A DNA stretch of 40,302 bases, from IMG/VR virus record IMGVR_UViG_3300030104_002640, positions 1 to 40,302 of that record; one strand, given 5' to 3'. Made by a program: the position numbers and the translations under genes. The notes below the pieces were generated by a model. That model was not told where the DNA came from. It worked only from the letters and a program-made list of their open reading frames with translations, and did not search any database. This document shows, piece by piece, positions 16,302 through 26,397 of this stretch (positions are counted from its first letter, which is position 1; the number at the start of each line of letters is the position of its first letter). The stretch comes from a virus. Lineage: Duplodnaviria > Caudoviricetes.

Positions 16302-17587
16302 AAGTTATAAAAATACCTTACACTCCTAGACCTCAACAGCTAGAGTTACATAACAAGTTAAAACAATATCGTTTTGCGGTGTGCGTCATGCATCGTAGGG
16401 GAGGTAAAACTGTCTGGGCGGTAAATCATTTAATTAAGGAAGCTTTAACTTCCGAGAAAAAGAATTTTAGAGGTGCAATTTTTGCACCAACCAGGGTGCA
16501 AGTAAAACTTTTGGCTTGGGATTATTTAAAAGAATTTACCAGGCAAATACCTGGAATGAAATATAACGAAACAGAACTACGAGCTGATTTTCCAAATCGT
16601 TCACGAATAACATTATTCGGAGCAGAAAATCCAGATAGTGCCAGGGGACAATATTTTGATTTTGTTGTCTGTGATGAATATGCACAAATGGATAGTAGAA
16701 TGTTTCCAGAAATTATCCGACCAGCGGTTGCGGATCGATTAGGTAAAGTTTGTTTTATTGGGACTCCCCAGGGAATGAATTTATTTTACGATTTATACGA
16801 AGAGGCTAAAGGAAATAAAGAATGGTACACTTGTATGTTTAAAGCAAGTGAAACAGATCTAGTACCAAAGTCCGAGTTAGAGTCTGCACGAAAACTGATG
16901 ACAGAAGATCAGTATATGCAAGAATTTGAATGCTCCTGGACTGCGAATATATCTGGATCGGTATACGGAAAAATTATTCAGAAAATGGAAGAAGAAAAAA
17001 AGATTTCTCAATTTCCTTATGATCCTGGATATGAAACAACTGTCTTTTTTGATTTAGGATTAAGTGATCAGACTTGTTTGTTATTTACCCAACAAATAGG
17101 AAGAGCTTTAATTGTTTTTGATTGTTACAACAATAGTAATCAATCTTTAGATCATTATGCCGATTATATAAAAAAAACTGGCTACAACATTAAAAATTAT
17201 GTGTTTCCACACGATATTGAACAACGAGAACTCTCAACTGGACACTCCAGAAAAGAGTATGCGTATTCAATGGGAATGCGACCACTACGAGTATGTCCAA
17301 AACTATCGATAGAGGACGGTATTCATGCTGGGCAAATACTCCTGGCTAAAAGTTATATTGATAGAGCTAACTGTAAAAAATTTCTGGATGCGATGAAATG
17401 GTATCACAGAAAGTGGTTAGACAAACAACGAGTTTTTTCAAAACCAGTTCATGATCATTCCTCGCATTATGCGGATGCGTGGAGAGTCTGTGCTGTTGCG
17501 TATCAAGAATTGGATTTGAATGAAAATAGACGACTAGAAAAATTTGCAACTGGCACAAACTATAACCCACTAGAAGTAAGGATGTAA
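16298..17587 (+). CDS. terL: Terminase large subunit
   Basis: Walker A HRRGGKT, Walker B FVVCDEY, IGTPQG, nuclease FDLG...SHYADA. Confidence 0.95.
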   Translation: MKVIKIPYTPRPQQLELHNKLKQYRFAVCVMHRRGGKTVWAVNHLIKEALTSEKKNFRGAIFAPTRVQVKLLAWDYLKEFTRQIPGMKYNETELRADFPNRSRITLFGAENPDSARGQYFDFVVCDEYAQMDSRMFPEIIRPAVADRLGKVCFIGTPQGMNLFYDLYEEAKGNKEWYTCMFKASETDLVPKSELESARKLMTEDQYMQEFECSWTANISGSVYGKIIQKMEEEKKISQFPYDPGYETTVFFDLGLSDQTCLLFTQQIGRALIVFDCYNNSNQSLDHYADYIKKTGYNIKNYVFPHDIEQRELSTGHSRKEYAYSMGMRPLRVCPKLSIEDGIHAGQILLAKSYIDRANCKKFLDAMKWYHRKWLDKQRVFSKPVHDHSSHYADAWRVCAVAYQELDLNENRRLEKFATGTNYNPLEVRM

Positions 17588-17588
17588 C

Positions 17589-17810
17589 ATGGGATTTTTA
17601 CGACCAAAGATGCCGCCTCCACCTCCACCGCCTCCAGCAATGCCTACTTTGCCTCCAGCAACACCAGATGATTTTACTGAAGAGCAAAGAAAAAAGGTTA
17701 ATGCAGCAGTAGAGAGTAAGAAGAAAGGCTATACCGACACAATACTCACAACTACCCAAGGCGATACGAGTGAACCAGATATTTATAAAAAGACTTTATT
17801 AGGAGCATAA
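17589..17810 (+). CDS. Small Pro-rich virion protein (T7 gp7.3-like position)
   Basis: PKMPPPPPPPP...TILT...KKTLLGA, just before the portal. Confidence 0.7.
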   Translation: MGFLRPKMPPPPPPPPAMPTLPPATPDDFTEEQRKKVNAAVESKKKGYTDTILTTTQGDTSEPDIYKKTLLGA

Positions 17811-18502
17811 TGGCTGAAGAAGATAATAGAAGCAGACATTTAAAAACAAAATTTGGATCATCTGTTACAAAACATAGAGCTGATGTTAAAAAAGGCAAAG
17901 CTACATTAAGTAGATCAAAATCTGATATTAAAAAATCTGTTAAAGCAGAAGTTTCAAAAAAATTAGGATTAACAGCTGTAGGTGGTTTAGGGGGAAATAG
18001 TGAAGGTTATATTGCTAGTAATTTAAAAGGAAAAGATAAATTCTTTTATGGCAAAGAAGCATCTAAATATACAAACGAAGCTCTTAAAAAATATTCTGGA
18101 ATGCACCTAGGTGGAAATGTTTATAGCAAAGATGCAATGAATATTAAGTATGGCAGCTCTGGAGGAGCTATGGGAAGTGGCGATCCAAGTGGAATTATGT
18201 CGAGTATTCCTATTTCAAAAAAAATGCAACAATCCCAAAACAAATTTTTAGGTTTAACATTAGCAGTTCTTGGTGGTGCTACTCCAGGATTAGGTGGAAC
18301 TGTTATGAGAGCAGTTGGTGCAAAAAATTTATCAGATGCAACATTAACATCTGGATCAGCTTATAATGAATACACACAAAAGTTTCAAACATTACAAAAG
18401 GGAAAAAAATTTACCAGCACTCGAAATCTATTTGGTTTATTAGGTTTTGATCAACATGGAAAGAAAACCAAAAAAGATACACTAGGTGGAGATCTCGAAT
18501 GA
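17810..18502 (+). CDS. Gly/Lys-rich putative virion protein
   Basis: Ends KKDTLGG like its upstream neighbour; coupled to the portal gene. Confidence 0.65.
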   Translation: MAEEDNRSRHLKTKFGSSVTKHRADVKKGKATLSRSKSDIKKSVKAEVSKKLGLTAVGGLGGNSEGYIASNLKGKDKFFYGKEASKYTNEALKKYSGMHLGGNVYSKDAMNIKYGSSGGAMGSGDPSGIMSSIPISKKMQQSQNKFLGLTLAVLGGATPGLGGTVMRAVGAKNLSDATLTSGSAYNEYTQKFQTLQKGKKFTSTRNLFGLLGFDQHGKKTKKDTLGGDLE

Positions 18503-20103
18503 AAACAGCAAAAGAATTATCAAATCAATTTAGTAAATTAAAAGGCAAACGACAAAACTGGGAAAGCCATTGGCAAGAAATTGCCGATTATGTTTTACCT
18601 AGAAGAGCTGATGTTAATAAATCTCGTTCATCTGGCGATAAGAGAACAGAATTTATTTATGATGGTACAGCTCTACACGCATCAGAGTTACTTTCCTCCT
18701 CTTTGCACGGGATGCTGACGAATGCAGCAACACCTTGGTTTAGTATGCGGTTCAAGAATGAATCATTGGCGATGGAAGAAGAAAGCAGAGAATGGCTCGA
18801 AGCCTGTACGCAAACTATGTACATTGCTTTAGATCGTTCCAATTTCCAACAAGAAATTCATGAATTGTATACTGACCTAGTTGTTTTTGGCACATCTGCC
18901 ATGATGATAGAAGAGGATGATGAAAAGTTTTTACGATTTTCCACCAGACACATAAAAGAATTTTTTATTGAAGAAAACGATAAAGGTTTTGTTGATACAA
19001 TACACAGAGAAATAAAAATGACTGCTAGAGCTGCTTATATGCGGTTTGGCGATGATTTATCAAAACGAGTAAAAGATCTAGCACAAAAAAAACCTTATGA
19101 CGAAATAACATTACATCATTGTGTAAAACCAAATGATGAAATGAACCCCTATAAAATTGATAATAAATCAATGGCATTTTCTTCCATTTATTATGATCAA
19201 GAAGATGCAAAAATAATTTCTGTTTCTGGATTTAATGAATTTCCTTTTGTTATTCCAAGATGGTTAAAATCATCATCTGAAATCTATGGAAGATCTCCAT
19301 CCATGACAGCTTTAGCCGATATTAAAATGATTAACAAAATGTCGGAAACAACAATTAAGGCTGCACAAAAAATGGTTGATCCACCTTTATTAGTTCCAGA
19401 TGATAGTTTTGTTTTACCAGTTAGAACACAACCAGGAGGATTAAATTATTTTCGTTCTGGTACAAGAGATAGAATAGAACCATTACAAATTGGAGCGAAT
19501 ACTCCAGTTGGATTAAACCTGGAGGATCAACGAAGAGAAGCAATACGACAAGCTTACTTTGTAGACCAATTACTCATGTCGCAAGATGTACGAATGACAG
19601 CGACTGAAGTTATGCAACGAAACGAAGAAAAAATGCGATTACTCGCACCAGTATTAGGTAGACTCCAAGCAGAAATGTTACAACCCCTTATTACTCGTAG
19701 TTTCAATATTATGTTGCGAAAAGGTTTATTACCAACACCGCCAACTGCATTACAAGGTACAACTGTTGATATTGAGTATGTATCTCCACTTGCAAGATCT
19801 CAACGAACTGGCGATGTACAAGCGATACTACGATCACTAGAAATTATAACTCCATTAGCACAACTAATGCCAGTTATGGATTATTTGGACTCTGATAAAC
19901 TTGTTAAACATATTACGGATGTATTAGGAGTTCCAAGAAAAGTTTTACGATCTGATCAAGAGGTTGCCGAGATTAGACAACAACAGCAAGAAGCTGCTGC
20001 ACAGCAACAACAACTTGATCAAACATCACAGATGGCTGAAGCTGGAGGTAGGGCAGCTCCTTTCTTGAAAGAGGTAAATAATGCCGAAGAGCAAACAACC
20101 TGA
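18499..20103 (+). CDS. Portal (head-tail connector) protein
   Basis: WQEIADYVLP...YGRSPSMTALADIK...MTATEVMQR..E...IEYVSPLA. Confidence 0.93.
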   Translation: MKTAKELSNQFSKLKGKRQNWESHWQEIADYVLPRRADVNKSRSSGDKRTEFIYDGTALHASELLSSSLHGMLTNAATPWFSMRFKNESLAMEEESREWLEACTQTMYIALDRSNFQQEIHELYTDLVVFGTSAMMIEEDDEKFLRFSTRHIKEFFIEENDKGFVDTIHREIKMTARAAYMRFGDDLSKRVKDLAQKKPYDEITLHHCVKPNDEMNPYKIDNKSMAFSSIYYDQEDAKIISVSGFNEFPFVIPRWLKSSSEIYGRSPSMTALADIKMINKMSETTIKAAQKMVDPPLLVPDDSFVLPVRTQPGGLNYFRSGTRDRIEPLQIGANTPVGLNLEDQRREAIRQAYFVDQLLMSQDVRMTATEVMQRNEEKMRLLAPVLGRLQAEMLQPLITRSFNIMLRKGLLPTPPTALQGTTVDIEYVSPLARSQRTGDVQAILRSLEIITPLAQLMPVMDYLDSDKLVKHITDVLGVPRKVLRSDQEVAEIRQQQQEAAAQQQQLDQTSQMAEAGGRAAPFLKEVNNAEEQTT

Positions 20104-20326
20104 ACAAGTTTTAAATGAGTTAAAACGATGTTACCAAATAGCTTTTGGAACGAAAGAGGGTACAATCGTATTGGAGGATTTAAAAAAGAAATGTGGATTT
20201 TATAATTCTACATTTGATAAAGATCCTTACATTACAGCAAATCTGGAAGGACAAAGGCAAGTCGTATTACATATTCAGAATATGACAAAAACACAACCCA
20301 ATTTAGGAGAATTACAAAATGGCTGA
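20081..20326 (+). CDS. Bbp19-like small protein
   Basis: FGTKEGTIVLEDL...ANLEGQRQVVLHI between portal and scaffold. Confidence 0.7.
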   Translation: MPKSKQPEQVLNELKRCYQIAFGTKEGTIVLEDLKKKCGFYNSTFDKDPYITANLEGQRQVVLHIQNMTKTQPNLGELQNG

Positions 20327-21146
20327 AGAACAGACAACTGCACCAGAGGTGCAATCTGAACCAACTACAAATACAATACAAGAAGAACCAAAATCTTTTA
20401 TTAGTTCATTACCAGAAGATTTACGAACAGAACCATCCCTACAAAATATCCAGGATGTTAATCAACTAGCAAAAGGTTATGTTTCCGCCCAACGAATGGT
20501 GGGAGCTGATAAAATGGCTATTCCAACAAAGAACTCTACTCCAGATGACTGGAAAGAAGTTTATACAAAGTTAGGACTGCCAGAAACTCCAGATAATTAT
20601 GGAGTTAATTTTAATTTAGCCGAGGGAGCAAGTCCAGAACCAGTTAATGGGTTTTTAAAAGTTGCACATGAGAATGGTGTTTTACCACACCAGGCACAAG
20701 CAATTTTAGATTATTATACTGGTCTTGAAACAACTAATACTGAAAGTGCAAATGCAGCTGTTGAATTAGCAAAAACAAATAACGAAGCAGAGTTGCGAAA
20801 AGAATTTGGTTTAGCTTATCAAGAAAAAGTTAATGCAGCCAATGAAGTTTTTAAATCTTTTTTTTCAACGGATATGGCAAATTTAAAACTTGAAGATGGT
20901 ACACCAATCGGTAATCATCCAGGCTTTATTAAATCATTAGCTGAAATGTCAAAAAATTTTAGTGAAGATACAATTAAAGCTGGACAAGAAACAACTGGTA
21001 ATTTAACACCAAATGAAGCGACAACAGAAATAAATAAAATTATGGGCGATAAAAATCATCCATATCATCTCAAAGAGCATCCAGGACACGATGCAGCTGT
21101 TAAAGAGATGAGTGATTTATTTGCCGCAAAAGTTTCAATGGGGTAG
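20319..21146 (+). CDS. Capsid scaffolding protein
   Basis: Acidic; LGLPETPDNY, GNHPGFIK, HPYH...HPGHDAAV; upstream of capsid. Confidence 0.82.
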   Translation: MAEEQTTAPEVQSEPTTNTIQEEPKSFISSLPEDLRTEPSLQNIQDVNQLAKGYVSAQRMVGADKMAIPTKNSTPDDWKEVYTKLGLPETPDNYGVNFNLAEGASPEPVNGFLKVAHENGVLPHQAQAILDYYTGLETTNTESANAAVELAKTNNEAELRKEFGLAYQEKVNAANEVFKSFFSTDMANLKLEDGTPIGNHPGFIKSLAEMSKNFSEDTIKAGQETTGNLTPNEATTEINKIMGDKNHPYHLKEHPGHDAAVKEMSDLFAAKVSMG

Positions 21147-21268
21147 TGCGTAAGCATCCTATTTGACAATCTGAACAGAAGATCAACTAACAGTTGTAAA
21201 ATGCAGAAGAACCTACTTTGTAGACAATTCATCGAAATTTAACCTTAATTTGAAAATGGAGGACAATT

Positions 21269-22144
21269 ATGTCTAATCAAATTACTACAGCTTTTGTACA
21301 GCAGTATAGTTCTAATGTACAAATGTTGGCTCAACAAATGGGTAGCCGTTTGCGTGAGGCTGTAGATGTGGAAAGCATTACTGGAAAGAATGCTTATTTT
21401 GATCAAGTTGGTGTAACAGCTGCTCAAATAAGAACTTCTAGACACGCAAATACTCCACAAATTGATACTCCTCATTCAAGAAGAAGAGTTAGTCTAGCAG
21501 ACTACGAGTGGGCGGATCTTATTGATGATGCCGACAAAGTAAGAATGTTAGCTGATCCTACTTCAAGCTACGCAAAAGCAGCAGCGGCTGCAATGGGTAG
21601 ATCGATGGATGATGTTATCATTACAGCTATGAATGGTACGGCTTATTCTGGCGAAACTGGAGGCACATCTGTGGCTCTACCTAGCACTCAAAAGTTTGCA
21701 ACTTCAAACCAATCTGATGGTTTAACTGTTGCTAAACTACTTGATGCTAAAAAGAAACTGGATCTAAAAGATGTAGATCCGAGCATACCAAGATTTGTGG
21801 TATGCGGAGCAACTCAAATAAGTGACTTGCTCAATACAACTGAAGTAAAATCTTCTGATTATAATACTGTTAAAGCTCTTGCAGCTGGACAGTTGGATTC
21901 ATTTTTAGGATTCAAATTTATTATGTCAAATAGATTAAACTTTGATGCAAGTAATACTGACGACAGATTAGTTTTTGCTTTCACAAAAGATGCTATCAAA
22001 CTTGCTATTGGCAAGGATATTACAGCTCGTATTTCAGAGAGAGATGATAAATCATACTCTACTCAAGTTTACTACTGTATGGCTATTGGTGCAACTCGAA
22101 TGGAAGAAGAAAAAGTTGTTCAGATTCCTTGTCATGAAGCATAG
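21269..22144 (+). CDS. Major capsid protein
   Basis: MSNQITTAFVQQY...AMGRSMDDVII...FLGFKFI...GATRMEEEKVV; GGAGG RBS. Confidence 0.93.
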   Translation: MSNQITTAFVQQYSSNVQMLAQQMGSRLREAVDVESITGKNAYFDQVGVTAAQIRTSRHANTPQIDTPHSRRRVSLADYEWADLIDDADKVRMLADPTSSYAKAAAAAMGRSMDDVIITAMNGTAYSGETGGTSVALPSTQKFATSNQSDGLTVAKLLDAKKKLDLKDVDPSIPRFVVCGATQISDLLNTTEVKSSDYNTVKALAAGQLDSFLGFKFIMSNRLNFDASNTDDRLVFAFTKDAIKLAIGKDITARISERDDKSYSTQVYYCMAIGATRMEEEKVVQIPCHEA

Positions 22145-22156
22145 GAGGGTTAAGAT

Positions 22157-22594
22157 ATGGCTAGTGTTAAAGGTGTAGCAATAACAAATCTTGATGCTGT
22201 TCCAGCAGTTAATTCTGATGGCGGTAATTTATCTCCAATGATGGTTTGGCATGATACTTACGAAGCATCCTCTCTTGGTAGTGGTTCTGATATTACTATC
22301 GCAAGAATACCAGCTGGTTCAACTATTCACGATGTTGTAATCAAAGCTGATGCTCTTGGCGGATCATCAACTTTAAAAGTTGGCGATTCTGGAGATGACG
22401 ATAGATACCTAGCAGCTGTCGGTACTTGGAATGCGGCTGGACAATGCCAATCAATGTTGGCTGGTTCAACTGCTGCAAATACTGCGGTAGCTGGTTTAGG
22501 ATATAAAGTGTCTGAAGCTACAGATCTAAAAATTACTACTGGTGGTGCAACCATTAGTGGAACGATTTATTTCTGGGTTTATTACACTCAATAA
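22157..22594 (+). CDS. Capsid cement/decoration protein
   Basis: Beta-rich, directly after the capsid gene, GGAGG RBS, followed by a terminator. Confidence 0.65.
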   Translation: MASVKGVAITNLDAVPAVNSDGGNLSPMMVWHDTYEASSLGSGSDITIARIPAGSTIHDVVIKADALGGSSTLKVGDSGDDDRYLAAVGTWNAAGQCQSMLAGSTAANTAVAGLGYKVSEATDLKITTGGATISGTIYFWVYYTQ

Positions 22595-22602
22595 TCTTAT
22601 TG

Positions 22603-22630
22603 AAAGAGGGGATTTATTCCCCTCTTTTTT
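22603..22630 (+). terminator. Intrinsic terminator
   Basis: AAAGAGGGGA-TTTAT-TCCCCTCTTT plus T-run. Confidence 0.85.
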
Positions 22631-22651
22631 CATTTTTTAAAAAGGACAATA

Positions 22652-23239
22652 ATGGCATCACAAGTTGAAATATGTAACTCGGCATTAAATATGTTGGGAG
22701 CAAATAATATTACATCCTTAACCGAGGATAGTAAAAACGCAAGGTTGCTAAACCAGAGGTATGAGCCAGTTAGAGATGCAGTCTTTCGTTCTCATTCCTG
22801 GAACTGTTTAATTAAACGAGTAGAATTAGCACAAGATACAGACACTCCTTCACACGAATATTCAAAACAATATACTTTACCATCGGACTGTTTAAGAGTT
22901 TTAAAAGTAGGAGGACATCACGACAGTTCTTCTTCTGATTTAGATGATGGACAAAAATTTAAAATAGAGGGAAGAAAATTATTAACTGATGAAGCAACAA
23001 TTTATTTAATTTATGTTGCTTTAATAACTGATGTAAATGAATACGATACATTACTTCGAGAAACACTTGCGGCTCGATTAGCAGCGGAACTAGCTTATGC
23101 AATAACTTCGTCTACAACTTTAGCAAACTCATTAAAAGAAACATATTTAGAAAAATTACGAGAAGCTCGATTTACCGATGCAACCGAGGGAACTGCGGAT
23201 AATATAGATTCAAGTACATTTATTAATGCGAGGTATTAA
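22652..23239 (+). CDS. Tail tubular protein A/adaptor
   Basis: MASQVEICNSALNMLG...HSWNC...YTLPSDCLRV. Confidence 0.85.
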   Translation: MASQVEICNSALNMLGANNITSLTEDSKNARLLNQRYEPVRDAVFRSHSWNCLIKRVELAQDTDTPSHEYSKQYTLPSDCLRVLKVGGHHDSSSSDLDDGQKFKIEGRKLLTDEATIYLIYVALITDVNEYDTLLRETLAARLAAELAYAITSSTTLANSLKETYLEKLREARFTDATEGTADNIDSSTFINARY

Positions 23240-25236
23240 TGGCAAGAAGTACAGTTGCATTTACCAACTTTACAGCTGGAGAATTATCTCCTAGACTTGA
23301 TGGTCGTACTGACCTTGGTAAATATTTTAATGGATCAAAAACTTTAGAGAATATGGTTGTGCATCCACATGGTGCAGCAACAAGACGACCTGGCACAAAA
23401 TTTATTCACGAAGTAAAAACCAGTTCTGCACAAACACGATTAATACCTTTTGAGTTTTCGACTACACAAACTTACATTATGGAGTTTGGTCATCAGTATA
23501 TTCGTTTTTTTAAAGACAATGGAATTATTACCGAAAGTAATAAAACTATAAGCGGTGCAACACAAGCTAACCCAATAGTAATAACATCAAATAGTCATGG
23601 GTATTCTAATGGCGATTATGTTATTATTTCTGGTGTAGTAGGAATGACAGAATTAAATGGTAAAACATTTAAGGTTGCCGATAAAACAACAAATACTTTT
23701 GAATTACAAACTGTTGATGGCACAGACATTAATTCATCAGCATACACAGCTTATGGTTCTGGCGGAGTTGCAAATAAAATTTATGAAATTGCATCGCCAT
23801 ATTCCACAGCAGATTTACCAACAATAAAATTTGCACAAAGTGCAGATCTTATGTACCTGGTTCATCCAAGTTATGCGATTAGAAAATTAACAAGATCTGG
23901 ACATACTAACTGGACTTTATCGACACCATCATTATCTGGATCTCCTAGTCCAACGATTAATAATGCAACAGATAAATATCCAAGTTCAGTTTCTTTTTTT
24001 GAACAACGACTCGTTTTTGCTGGATCAAATGATAATCCACAAACAATGTGGTTTTCTAAAAGTGCGGATTTAGAAAATTTTACAACTGGAACGAATGATA
24101 CTGATGCAATGGTTTATACGATTGCATCGAATAAGGTTAATGCGATACGATATATTTCAGCACAACGATCTTTAATTGTAGGAACTGTTGGAGGAGAATT
24201 TGTTGTAAGTGCTTCTGGCACAACACAACCAATAACACCAACAAATGTGCAAATACAAAGACAATCAAGTTATGGTGCAGCAAATATTGATGCAGTTCAA
24301 ATTGAAAATGTAACCATGTTTGTTCAACGAGCAAAAAGAAAATTACGAGAACTGTCTTACAATTTAAACATTGACCAGTATCAAGCACAAGACATGACAT
24401 TACTAGCTGAACATATAACCGAGGGTGGTGTTCTTGAAATGGCATATCAACAAGAACCAGATAGTATTTTGTGGTGTGTAAGAAATGATGGAACTCTTTT
24501 AGGTTTTACTTATGCTAGAGCAGAGGAAGTTGTTGGTTGGCATCGTCATATACTTGGTGGTGCTTTTGGTTCTGGACAAGCAGTTGTAGAAAGTGTTGCA
24601 TCTATTCCTACTGATGCAAATGAAGATGAATTATATCTTATAGTTAAAAGAACTATTAACGGAACTACAAGACGATATGTCGAATATTTAACTTTATTTG
24701 ATTATGGTACAGATCAAACAGATGCTTTTTATGTTGATAGTGGCTTAACTTATTCTGGAAGTGCAGCAACAGTTATTACTGGATTAGATCATTTAGAAGG
24801 ACAATCAGTTACAATTTTAGCTGATGGATCTACACATCCAAACAAAACTGTATCTAGTGGTTCAATCACTTTAGATCGTTCTGCAACAAAAGCTCATATT
24901 GGTTTAGGATATACATCGACACTACAAACAATGCGAGTAGAAGCTCCTGGAAATGAATCAACATCCCAGGCAAAAACAAAACGCATTAACGAAGTAACTT
25001 TACGATTACATGAAACAGTTGGTGCAGAAGTAGGATCAAGTTTAAGTGATATGGAACGAATACCATTTCGTTCTAGTGCAGCAGCAATGGACACAGCTGT
25101 GCCATTATTTACTGGCGATAAACAAATAGAGTTTCGAGATGATTTTAATACAGATGGTTGGATTTATGTACGACAAAACCAACCACTCCCATTAACATTA
25201 ATTTCAATTTATCCGCAGATTACAATTAATGATTAA
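23239..25236 (+). CDS. Tail tubular protein B/nozzle (with FCCH-like insert)
   Basis: NFTAGELSPRL.GR.D...RRPGT...FFEQRLVFAG...GWHRH...QPLPLT. Confidence 0.88.
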   Translation: MARSTVAFTNFTAGELSPRLDGRTDLGKYFNGSKTLENMVVHPHGAATRRPGTKFIHEVKTSSAQTRLIPFEFSTTQTYIMEFGHQYIRFFKDNGIITESNKTISGATQANPIVITSNSHGYSNGDYVIISGVVGMTELNGKTFKVADKTTNTFELQTVDGTDINSSAYTAYGSGGVANKIYEIASPYSTADLPTIKFAQSADLMYLVHPSYAIRKLTRSGHTNWTLSTPSLSGSPSPTINNATDKYPSSVSFFEQRLVFAGSNDNPQTMWFSKSADLENFTTGTNDTDAMVYTIASNKVNAIRYISAQRSLIVGTVGGEFVVSASGTTQPITPTNVQIQRQSSYGAANIDAVQIENVTMFVQRAKRKLRELSYNLNIDQYQAQDMTLLAEHITEGGVLEMAYQQEPDSILWCVRNDGTLLGFTYARAEEVVGWHRHILGGAFGSGQAVVESVASIPTDANEDELYLIVKRTINGTTRRYVEYLTLFDYGTDQTDAFYVDSGLTYSGSAATVITGLDHLEGQSVTILADGSTHPNKTVSSGSITLDRSATKAHIGLGYTSTLQTMRVEAPGNESTSQAKTKRINEVTLRLHETVGAEVGSSLSDMERIPFRSSAAAMDTAVPLFTGDKQIEFRDDFNTDGWIYVRQNQPLPLTLISIYPQITIND

Positions 25237-25666
25237 GTTAATTGATTTTAAAAGTGATCATGCACAACGAATGGTTTGGTCTTTAAATAGTTCAGAGGTA
25301 GAGATTGATGAAAAGTATCATAAGCTTCTTGATACACTAGAAGTACCAGATATGTCTTTTACTGCAACACATGATAATAAAATTATTTGTGCTGGAGGTA
25401 TTATTCCTATTTGGGATAATGTTTATGAGGGATGGATGATGGGTTCAAGTTTAATTTGGAACTTTAGAATTGTATCTGCAAAAATTATAAAAAAAGAAAT
25501 GGAAGGTTTAATATTAAAAAATAATGTTAAACGATTACAAACAGCAGTCAAAAAAGATTTTTTACTTGGTCATCGATTTGCGAAATGGCTAGGTATGGAA
25601 GAAGAGGGATTAATGAGAAAGTATCAAAACAATGAAGATTATATTCGATTTGCGAGGGTAATGTAA
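25229..25666 (+). CDS. GNAT-fold virion assembly protein (T7 gp13-like)
   Basis: ICAGGIIPIW..VYEGW...HRFAKWLGMEEEGLM; position after the nozzle. Confidence 0.7.
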   Translation: MIKLIDFKSDHAQRMVWSLNSSEVEIDEKYHKLLDTLEVPDMSFTATHDNKIICAGGIIPIWDNVYEGWMMGSSLIWNFRIVSAKIIKKEMEGLILKNNVKRLQTAVKKDFLLGHRFAKWLGMEEEGLMRKYQNNEDYIRFARVM

Positions 25667-26388
25667 TGGCAGCTCTAACAGCTATAGGTGGATCTAAAAT
25701 GTTAATGGCTGGTGCTGGTGTTAGTGCTTTTGGCTCTATCATGGGCGGACAAGCAGCAATGGAAGCTGGTAAATATCAAAAAAATGTTGCTGATCAAAAT
25801 GCAACTATTTTAGATAATAAAGCAGAACAAGCACTTAATCTTGGTTATGACAATGTTAGAAAATTTGGCAGAGGTTTTGAAACAGCACAAGCATCTACAG
25901 AAGCAGCATTTATTTCAGCTGGTGTTAAAATGGAGGGAACTCCAATGGAAGTTTTAGAGCATAATATTTACGAGGGCGAAATTGAAAAAATGAATATTAT
26001 GTACGATGCTAGAATGCAAAGTTATGATTTTAAACAAGCAGCAGTATCATCCAGGATGGAAGGACAATATGCAATGTATCAAGCAAGAGCAGCTCGTTCA
26101 TCAGCCATTATAGGTGCAGTTGGTACAATGGTCGGAGCAGCTGGAAGTTATATGTTAGTTGGAGAACAAGCAGCACAAGCAAAAGCTCTTATGACTCAAA
26201 ATGCTGCGTATGCCACAGATATTTTAACTGCTCAAGCAAAGAATAATAAAATATTAACGGAAATGAAAGCTATGAATGCGAAAAACTTTACTCTTAAAAT
26301 TAATGAAAATGCACGAAATATAAATGACACAGCTATTAATAATGCAATTAAATTACAAAAATACCCAATGGGACAAAAATCACATTAA
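25666..26388 (+). CDS. Internal virion/ejection protein (gp14-like)
   Basis: Ala/Gly-rich helical protein; SAGVKMEGTP. Confidence 0.72.
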   Translation: MAALTAIGGSKMLMAGAGVSAFGSIMGGQAAMEAGKYQKNVADQNATILDNKAEQALNLGYDNVRKFGRGFETAQASTEAAFISAGVKMEGTPMEVLEHNIYEGEIEKMNIMYDARMQSYDFKQAAVSSRMEGQYAMYQARAARSSAIIGAVGTMVGAAGSYMLVGEQAAQAKALMTQNAAYATDILTAQAKNNKILTEMKAMNAKNFTLKINENARNINDTAINNAIKLQKYPMGQKSH

Positions 26389-26397
26389 GGAGCTTAA

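Noticed and set aside
23542-23770. FCCH (E1-like) insert in the nozzle as a ubiquitin-related function
   Set aside because: A known structural beta insert in podoviral tail proteins; no ubiquitin machinery present
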